In this document: one piece after another, positions 30,054 to 38,100 of the stretch
Layout: each line of letters opens with the position of its first letter
Numbering within the stretch: position 1 is the stretch's first letter
NCBI GenBank assembly: GCA_035493435.1
Contig: DATJII010000286.1
Coordinates: 2,463 to 66,462 of the forward strand
Direction: 5' to 3'
DNA from: Candidatus Limnocylindria bacterium
Lineage (GTDB): Bacteria > Verrucomicrobiota > Verrucomicrobiia > Limisphaerales > UBA9464
Length of the DNA stretch: 64,000 nucleotides
Translations under genes and position numbers: made by a program
The notes under the pieces: model-generated
The model's database searches: none
The model's input: the letters and a program-made list of their open reading frames with translations, nothing else
Told to the model about the DNA's origin: nothing

Positions 30054-30515
30054 ATGAACGATAAATTCCGAATGCTATTGTGGCTTTTTTCCAGGAAACC
30101 GTCAGAGTGGAATGGACTGTTGCCACTCGATGAGAAGGCTGTTTACCTCGCTCGTGGGACTGCATTCATAGCCCGGCATCCGCTTGTTGGCTGTGCCTAC
30201 GAGCTATGGAACCATTTGGATCACTTGGCTCTGGATCACTCAGATCCTGAAGCGGCAGCGCGCGCCCGATTGCGGATGATTCTGCAGGTCATCTTCGACT
30301 GCGGATCTACGGATCATATCAATTGCGATGTGGGCCGCGCCGATCGATGGGACGCCTATTGGGGTATCGTGCATGAATTGGCTGCTCGTTGCGTGCCAGA
30401 TGACGAGCCTTTTGCCCCGATCGATTTCCTTGGCGCGCTGGAAGTGGTCGAAATTCGGAGCATCAAGGATCCAGAAGAGTACTATGAGCTCAAGGAGAAC
30501 TGGAGACACTGGTAG
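30054..30515 (+). CDS. Hypothetical cytoplasmic protein (island ORFan B)
   Basis: ORF with ATG at 30054 (MNDKFRML...). Acidic and Trp-rich. No signal peptide and no motif recognised. Confidence 0.45.
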   Translation: MNDKFRMLLWLFSRKPSEWNGLLPLDEKAVYLARGTAFIARHPLVGCAYELWNHLDHLALDHSDPEAAARARLRMILQVIFDCGSTDHINCDVGRADRWDAYWGIVHELAARCVPDDEPFAPIDFLGALEVVEIRSIKDPEEYYELKENWRHW

Positions 30516-30565
30516 CAACTGGAGGAATTGCTGATGGCCCGGTTGCGGATTAATTTGGTCAAAAT

Positions 30566-31265
30566 ATGAAGGCGGGCTGCACAATCAAAAGGTTTTTCGA
30601 TCCCGAAAACGCGGACTACAAGTCCAAGGCGAGCGAGTTCCTTCAGATTCGAGCATCGCGGCTCATGGCATCAGTTGATGAAGTCGCCGCCGGGCAAAAG
30701 GCGATCCGAAATTGGTCGGGCGAACATAATACAGGAATCATTCTCGCCATTTCTGGTGAAAGCTGGCTTGTTTTTTTCCAATGAGTCCAGAGTTCCACAT
30801 TTATCGATTAGGTATGACACCCTTCCGAAGGCAGCCCCGGTACCGGAATTTATTCCGATCGATGATTTGCGAAGTGGCGATATGGCCCAAACTCATCTTT
30901 TCAATTCTGGGGATGGATTTTATACATGTTTCTGGAATTTCATGCTGGGGGTCATTCCAGACTTTGGCGCGAGTGTCTATTGGCCCAAAGCCGGACATGA
31001 CCTGGACCGACTGCACGCGATAAGGGGCGCCTTTGTTGCCTGGTCAATAGGCATTCCCGAGATTGATCGAAATGGAATGATAACTGGTGTTCTTAGTGCC
31101 GATGAGATGTGTCAATTGGCGAGGAGGTTTCGGGATAAACTCAAGGCAGACCGTGGATCTAGCGATTGGCTCGACAAGTTGCTGGAATACCTCGGCGCGC
31201 CGAAAGGCTCTTGGAAGGTTCAATATGACCTGCACTTGAAATGGAAAGGGCAATGCAAGGCTTGA
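30566..31265 (+). pseudogene. Hypothetical gene (island ORFan C) split by a frameshift in a T7 run
   Basis: ORF 30566..30784 and ORF 30675..31265 overlap in frames offset by +1. Removing one T from the T7 run at 30771-30777 joins them (...GESWLVF|SNESRVPHL...). Confidence 0.45.
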
Positions 31266-31356
31266 TTTCAATGGCGACTTCCACCACAGCGGTCTGTATT
31301 TCTGATTGGGACAGCAACCGGACTTTTACCTCGCTTCAAAGGCATAGCTGGATCTT

Positions 31357-31893
31357 ATGAATATAATCAGCACGCAATTTCAGGCTTCGTTCGACGAAGT
31401 GCGGCGGGAGAACTTGGTGAGGAGGAGCGATTTTCTTGATCTGTTTTCCCGCAGCGTATACGACCAGTGGCCTCTTCAATCGCGGGTCTACGAGTTCGAT
31501 TTTTTGAGTGTCCTGGATGACTGGGAACGCGATAAAGAGATCGTCCGGTACGCAGTCCAGTGTTTCAGAGACGTCCAGGATTGCGCCAGAGAGTTGCGGT
31601 TCGATAAGGTGTATGTCTGCTGTATTGTCTTTGACGATGAAATAGGCATGTGGCCCGAGTTGTATTTCTTCAATGACCGTTTGGCCCCGCTTTCAATGCT
31701 CAAACTGCATCCGCCCAAGAGCCAGTTGGGACGCCGCCTCGTGGAGATGCTCACTCAACTGGGTCTTTCGGACGAGGCGAAGGTCTGCGAAGAGCATTGC
31801 CAGGATCCGGATTATACGAAGGTATACATCGATTTTGTCACCCAAGGCGACGAAATGCGGCTCGAACTATTGGCAATTGCGTCGCGGTCGTAG
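31357..31893 (+). CDS. Hypothetical cytoplasmic protein (island ORFan D)
   Basis: Clean ATG ORF (MNIISTQFQASF...). Acidic. No signal peptide and no motif recognised. Confidence 0.5.
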   Translation: MNIISTQFQASFDEVRRENLVRRSDFLDLFSRSVYDQWPLQSRVYEFDFLSVLDDWERDKEIVRYAVQCFRDVQDCARELRFDKVYVCCIVFDDEIGMWPELYFFNDRLAPLSMLKLHPPKSQLGRRLVEMLTQLGLSDEAKVCEEHCQDPDYTKVYIDFVTQGDEMRLELLAIASRS

Positions 31894-31929
31894 CTCATTT
31901 GCCGGTCGGGTTTCTGTCGTTTACGCAGA

Positions 31930-31954
31930 ATGCCGTGGACTATTTCCACGGCAT
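31930..31954. terminator. Perfect 9-bp stem / 7-nt loop hairpin between convergent genes
   Basis: atgccgtgg-actattt-ccacggcat, which I checked base by base. There is no U-tract, so intrinsic-terminator function is uncertain. Confidence 0.3.
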
Positions 31955-32085
31955 CCGGCGAGAGAAATAGCGCGATTGATGGCAGTCACCCCAAGCTGTC
32001 CATCGGGAACTCTTGACTCCCCATAGAGCCGCGACTGCGATTGGAACTCCAGTACTCTGGCTTCGGCAATTTATCGACGAGGCCG

Positions 32086-33303
32086 TTACCCATTGGCTGA
32101 CTTGCCCATGTTTTTCAACAGCTCTGCTGCGCAAAGATCGGCAAATGCCGGATCATTGATATTGCCGGGGTACTCGATGACTGGGATGTCGGTCCGCAGG
32201 TGTTTTTTCCATGAGGCGAACAGGGCTTGGTCGGCGGCTGGGTCGTGGAAGGGTTGTCCCGGGCTGCTGATGACACTGATGCCTCCCAAGGGGAGAAGGA
32301 CGGTAATAGGTGCCGTTGAGAGATTGCATTTGGACGCCAGGATTCGTCCCAACTCGGCATTCTCTTCGGGAGTGGTCCGCATGAGCGTCACTTTGGGGTT
32401 GTGGGGATAGAAACGGCGGTCGGCAAACTTCTCGGGGATGGAGGAACGTTCCTGGAAATTCACCATGTCAAGGCATCCGGGGGTAATGATGGCTGGAACC
32501 CGGTTGTGCGCGGCTGCTTCGCAACGAGTAGGGCCGGCGCCCAGGACTCCGCCGACGTACTCGTCCGCCCATTCCGTGGTCGTGATGTCGAGAACGCCGC
32601 TGACCATGCCTGACTCAATGAGCGATTCCATGGTTCGCCCGCCGGTACCGGTAGCGTGAAACACCAAGACTTCATATCCGGCTGCTTCTAGCAGCTTGCG
32701 CGAGCGTTCCACGCATTGGGTGGTGTTGCCAAACATGCTTGCGACGATGATCGGTTTATCGGCGGCGGCCTCGGGGACAGACTCGACCATGCCGCAGATA
32801 GCCCCGGCCGCACGGGTGAGGATCTGGCGCGAGATACGATTGATGCCGGAAACGTCGACAATGCTGGGCATCATGACGATGTCTTTAACTCCGACGTAGG
32901 GCGCCACGTTCCCGCTGGCGAGGGTCGAAACCATGAGCTTCGGAACGCCCAAGGGCAGGGCCTGCATGGCGGCCGTGGAAATCGACGTGCCACCACCACC
33001 CCCCAGTGAGATGACACCATCCAGGCGTCCTTCCCGGTGGAGCTTTGCCAGCATGGCGGTGGCGGCTCGGGCCATCAGGGCCACGGTTTCGCCACGGTCT
33101 TTACGGGCCACGACGGAAGCGAGGTCTGCGCCGACGGTGGCGGCGACCTGTTCGCGAGCGATGTCAGGCGTGAAGCGGGGCGCGTCCAGCGCTCCCGTGT
33201 CGATGGTTAGGGTCCGATGTCCGCGGCGCCGAATGAGTTCAGCCACGAACGCATGTTCTTCGCCCTTCGTATCGAATGTGCCCAAGACAGCAATAGTCGC
33301 CAT
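32086..33303 (-). CDS. UPF0261 / Tm-1-like ATP-binding domain protein
   Basis: MATIAVLGTFDTKGEE..F....I...G; GGGGGTS; HATGTGGR.ME. This is the characteristic UPF0261 block order. Confidence 0.8.
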   Translation of the reverse strand: MATIAVLGTFDTKGEEHAFVAELIRRRGHRTLTIDTGALDAPRFTPDIAREQVAATVGADLASVVARKDRGETVALMARAATAMLAKLHREGRLDGVISLGGGGGTSISTAAMQALPLGVPKLMVSTLASGNVAPYVGVKDIVMMPSIVDVSGINRISRQILTRAAGAICGMVESVPEAAADKPIIVASMFGNTTQCVERSRKLLEAAGYEVLVFHATGTGGRTMESLIESGMVSGVLDITTTEWADEYVGGVLGAGPTRCEAAAHNRVPAIITPGCLDMVNFQERSSIPEKFADRRFYPHNPKVTLMRTTPEENAELGRILASKCNLSTAPITVLLPLGGISVISSPGQPFHDPAADQALFASWKKHLRTDIPVIEYPGNINDPAFADLCAAELLKNMGKSANG

Positions 33304-33656
33304 AACGTGTGAAGGAAAAGAAACCCGGAAATGGGGGCGGAGGGAAGCCTCAAGTCTCCAGGAGTCCCCTGGCCTTGGCTTCGGTACGGGTGGGATCCGC
33401 GAAACGAAGTCCCTCGCCCGCGGAAGAACTCAGCGGATCCTGCCCCGGCCCGGCTCTACTGGTGTTTGGGGTTTCCCAGGCTGACAGTCGAATCATCGGC
33501 TGATTTGTTGGCAATTGACTGATTGATAACAAATACGAACGATAAATGAACAGTGTCTTTTTTGGTTGCAAAAACCGGCGTCATTCAGTGTATCTTGCCG
33601 TGAACGATTCATCGCTGAGTTCCCTGCCGGTGCCGAATCTTAAATTTGGAAAATAA

Positions 33657-35081
33657 ATGAGAACATCGGTAATAATTAACGAGATCGCCGTTTCCTTGCT
33701 TGCGAGTGCCGCCCTTCAATACCAGGTGTCGGCCGATCCGTCATTTCTCACCAATGGGCTGGTCTCCTACTATCCATTTACCGGTAGCGTCAACGATGCC
33801 AGTGGATTTGGCGCCGATCCTTCGGTGGCAGACGTGAAGTTGGTTGCCGACCGCTTTTCGATTGGGGGAAGCGCCGCTGAGTTTGACGGGACCCATTCGA
33901 TGATCGTGATTCCTCGCGCCGCTGTTCCGCCGCTGCCTCCACAAAACGGCTTGACCATTTCCGCCTGGGTCAAGGCAAATACTCTGGCACAGATCCCGGT
34001 CGTCGAGTTTAGCGATAGCCAAAACATCGGCGTCCAAATGTGGCTGGGCGCGATAACCCCCTCGGCGTTGTTCGAAAACCTGCGCGACACGATCTTGCGC
34101 GACCATCTGGGTGTGACTCACGCTGGCACGATTGTGACAAATCAGTATCAGCATGTGATGACGAGCTATGATTATTCCAGGGGAGTGCTGGTTTCGTACA
34201 TTGATGGGGTCGTGGCGGGTACTTTTGCCCTTGGCCAGGTCAATTTTGACACGAGTGAACCACTGTTAATTGGTTATCGTGCCAATCCGTTCAACGCTGC
34301 GAAATTCAATGGGGTGATCGACGACGTGCGGATCTACGGTCGAGGGTTGCGTCCCGATGAAGCAAGAGCGCTTTATTTGCGGGAGTTGGCCGTGCCACTG
34401 AGCCATCCGGCTGTTGCCAAGGCCCAGGGTGTCAACGGTTTCATAGTGGGTGCAACGGTGTTGGATGGGGGCGCAGGTTACACCGGCGTTCCGAATGTCC
34501 GGGTGACCGGGGGTGGCGGCAGCGGAGCCAGCGTTCGGGCAGTAGTGACCAACGGAGTCGTCACCGAGTTGATCGTTGACGACGCTGGTGCCGGGTACAA
34601 TTACCCGCCGTCCATTGTCGTCGATCCACCAGCGCCGATTCCTGCCCGAGCTATGGCCGTTTCGGGGATCGAACTCGGTCAAGTCATTGGCGTCAGCCCA
34701 GTCAGTGGAGGCTATGGATATACGAACACCCCGTTGGTGCGTCTGGTGGGTGGCGGAGGGATCGGAGCCACGGCTGTAGCCGAGGTACGCGGGTACGAAG
34801 TGGTCGCTATCACGGTTACCAATCCCGGTTCCGGCTACGTTAATCCTCCGCTCGTGCAAATTGAGTCTCCCAACCTGATTCCTTCAGTAGCGATTGAGGT
34901 GAAACGCGTCGCGGTGAAACTGTCGGTGCGATTGGGACACACTTACCAACTGGAATCATCGACTGACCTGCTGACTTGGACCTCGACCGGGCCCGATTTT
35001 GTGGCGGACGATGAAACCATCGTGAAGGAATTCGACGTGACGCAGTCCGGACAGTACTTCCGTCTTATTGAACGTCCTTGA
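33657..35081 (+). CDS. Secreted LamG-domain protein with two Gly-rich GGxGY modules and a C-terminal F/Y-Y-R module
   Basis: Signal peptide. LamG pattern (FDG..S.IVIP..., LTISAWVKA, DDVRIYGRGL). Internal duplication at residues about 255-325 and 335-405. Ends ...GHTYQLESSTDLLTWTS...GQYFRLIERP. Confidence 0.8.
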   Translation: MRTSVIINEIAVSLLASAALQYQVSADPSFLTNGLVSYYPFTGSVNDASGFGADPSVADVKLVADRFSIGGSAAEFDGTHSMIVIPRAAVPPLPPQNGLTISAWVKANTLAQIPVVEFSDSQNIGVQMWLGAITPSALFENLRDTILRDHLGVTHAGTIVTNQYQHVMTSYDYSRGVLVSYIDGVVAGTFALGQVNFDTSEPLLIGYRANPFNAAKFNGVIDDVRIYGRGLRPDEARALYLRELAVPLSHPAVAKAQGVNGFIVGATVLDGGAGYTGVPNVRVTGGGGSGASVRAVVTNGVVTELIVDDAGAGYNYPPSIVVDPPAPIPARAMAVSGIELGQVIGVSPVSGGYGYTNTPLVRLVGGGGIGATAVAEVRGYEVVAITVTNPGSGYVNPPLVQIESPNLIPSVAIEVKRVAVKLSVRLGHTYQLESSTDLLTWTSTGPDFVADDETIVKEFDVTQSGQYFRLIERP

Positions 35082-35175
35082 TTCTGCACAGGAGTCTCCG
35101 GGAGCTGGATTGTCCAGCTTGTTGATTGGGGGTGGATAGTTGCCACCGGATGTGCATGATCACGCTTGCGTATCA

Positions 35176-38100
35176 ATGTCACTTCCCAATCCCAGAGCCT
35201 GGCACATATTCGCGTGGGTCACGGTCTTTTGGGCGATGGCCTTTGCAGTCCGGGCGGCCTCCGCTCCGGACCTCTCTTCGGCTGCCGATTCGGTCGTCAC
35301 GTTTAATGAGGTGATGTACCGACCGCCGGGTGACCCGGCTGCGGGCGAGTGGTTGGAGGTCTACAATGCGATGTCCATCGACATCGACCTCTCCGGCTGG
35401 CGGGTTGAAGGTGGAGTGCAGTACCAATTTCCCCGGAACACGGTGTTGCTGGCCAACCAATACCTCGTGGTGGCGGCGGATCCAGCGGCTCTGAGACAAG
35501 CGGTTTCGCGCGCGAATATTGTGGGGCCTTTCGCAGGGCGCCTTTCGAATTCGGGCGATAGGTTGGTCCTAAGGAATCGCAGTGGGCGCCTGATGGACGA
35601 ACTAACCTATGGAGAGGAAACTCCTTGGCCTCCAGGTGCCAATGGCTCGGGTGGCTCGCTCGCTAAGCGCGAAAAATATGCAGCCAGCAGCCCGGCCGAG
35701 AACTGGCAAGTAAGTGTGCAGACTGGCGGAACTCCAGGCACGGAGAATTTTCCGTCGAGCACAGACATTCCTCTGATGGTGGATACGTTTTTGGATGTCA
35801 CTTCTCCAGGACGCTGGAAGGTGCCTGAGGCGACGGAGACTTCGTTGGAGTGGACCCATCCATCCTTCAACGATGCCTCGTGGAACGCTGGGACTGCCTC
35901 GCTGGGATTTGACGAAAAGGGAGCTTCGCTCGTGCCTTTGGCGGATCGAGCCTATGGGTTGGATGGTGATCCCACGGACTCGTCCGGACATGGAATCCAC
36001 GGTTCGCTTCAAGGAGGACTGTTTTCGACCAACGTGCCGCCGCCGATAGCGCGAGGACAATCGCTTTTGTTTGATGGCCAGTCGACCGAAGTTAGAGTGC
36101 CGGACACGGTCAACCCGCTTCAATACACCATAGCTTGTTGGGTGGAAGTGGAGGAGGTGCGGGCTTGCAGCCTTATTGTGCGGACAGATGGTTGGGGCCC
36201 CGATCGAGATTGGTCCCACCAACTAAGAATAAACGCCAACGGACATTTTGAACATTATCTTTACGATGGTGGGGAGCATACTGTTACTGCTTTGGAGACC
36301 ATTACACCCGGGGTCTGGTACCATGTGGCGGGGACGGCAATCAGTGGCGGCCCTATGCGGCTCTATGTCAATGGCAAGGCGACCGGCGGCACGGTGGCGG
36401 TGGGATCTTTGTGGTCCGGCGGCGACCAGTGGCGCTTCGGTACCGATTCGGGACATACACCCCATTTTTTCCACGGCCGGTTGGATGAGGTCGGTATCTG
36501 GATGACGGCCTTGAGAGTTGATCAAATCCAATTGTTGGCGGGAGGTATTGGCTTATCCAGTCTCGGGGGGTACGCGCCGCTAATTCGCACAGATCTCAAG
36601 GACGCCATGTTTGGGCGCCATTCCAGTTTCCGAGTGAGGCTGCCCTTTTTGGTGGCACCAAATTCAGCTTATTCCGCACTCGGCCTCCAGGTGCGTTACG
36701 ACGATGGCTACGTCGCCTTTCTCAACGGCACTGAGCTGGCACGACGCAATGCCCCGGATACGCTAACCGGTGATTCGACGGCCTTGGTCAAACGAACTCG
36801 ATCGGAAGCAATCGCGGTAGACCACCTCGATTTGAGTTCCATGGTCGGATTGCTCCGGCCCGGCACCAATGTGCTGGCCGTCCAAGGACTGAACGTGTCT
36901 TCCAATGACGTCAACGTGCTCCTAACCCTGGCACTGGCGGGAACGGAAGCTCCGCCGCCCAAAGTGGCTGACGTTTCATTCAGCGAAATCGGCCCGGGCG
37001 GAGGACGCGATTTCTTCATTGAGATAATGAATCGGGCCGCCAGTCCGGTGAACTTGGCGGGGTATCGGTTGTCGACGAGCAATGGCAAGGAATTCGTATT
37101 CGGCTCCTTTTCCGTGGCCGCCAAAAGCTATGGCCTGTTGCGGACGAATGAACTGGGTTTTGCCGTGATGCCGGGAACTCGCCTTTTTCTCTCGGGACCG
37201 CAGGGTGCCATTGTGGATGCGGCGGAAACAACCGACCGCCTGCAAGGGCGCCTCATTGGAGATTCCGCACCCACCTGGTTTTCGCCGTCGGAGCCTACTC
37301 CAGGTGGGGTCAACACGTTCGAGTTTAGGAACGAGGTTGTGATTAACGAAATCATGTATCATGCCCCGGTCCGCTACACGACCAACGATCCTCCCCAGGC
37401 CTTCGTCCAGGAGGAGCAATGGGTTGAACTGTATAACCGATCGGATCATGTCGTCGATTTGTCCGGCTGGCAGGTCACGGGACTCATTGGCTACCGTTTT
37501 CCGTTGGGAACCGCCCTTCCTCCTGACGGGTATCTGGTGATTGCCAGGGACGCTTCGGCCTTACGGGCCAGGTATCCAAACATTGTGGTAATGGGCAACT
37601 TTGAAGGTAAATTGTCGCATCGGGGCGGGAGCGTTGTGCTCCGGGACGCAGCCGGCAATCCAGCGAATGAGGTGACATACTATAGCGGCTCGCCCTGGCC
37701 GGAGGCGGCGGATGGGGGCGGATCGAGTCTCGAATTGATTGATCCCCGGGCCGATAATGCGAAACCCGAAGCGTGGGCGGCGAGTTTGGAGTCCGCCAAG
37801 TCGGGCTGGCAGCACTATAGTTACGAGGCTTCCGCGGTCACTCCCCGGTACACCCCCAACACGGCCTTTTTCCGCGAGTTTCGCCTGGGCCTGCTCAAGG
37901 CTGGTGAAGTCCTGGTGGACAACGTCAGCGTGTTGGAACTTAACCCCGCCGGGGCGAACCGGGAACTGATCCAGAATTCCAGCTTCGAATCTGGGACCGC
38001 AAACTGGCGCCTGTTGGGGAATCATCGTCGCACCCACGCCGAGGCCGATCCGGTTGACCCGTCGAATGGCGTGTTGGATTTGTTCGCCACGGGGCCTTGC

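Noticed and set aside
29157-32085. Calling the lower-GC island a mobile element or prophage remnant.
   Set aside because: I could find no integrase, transposase, tRNA target, direct repeats or phage structural genes at its borders. Only compositional and ORFan evidence exists, so it is reported as a finding and not as a mobile_element feature.
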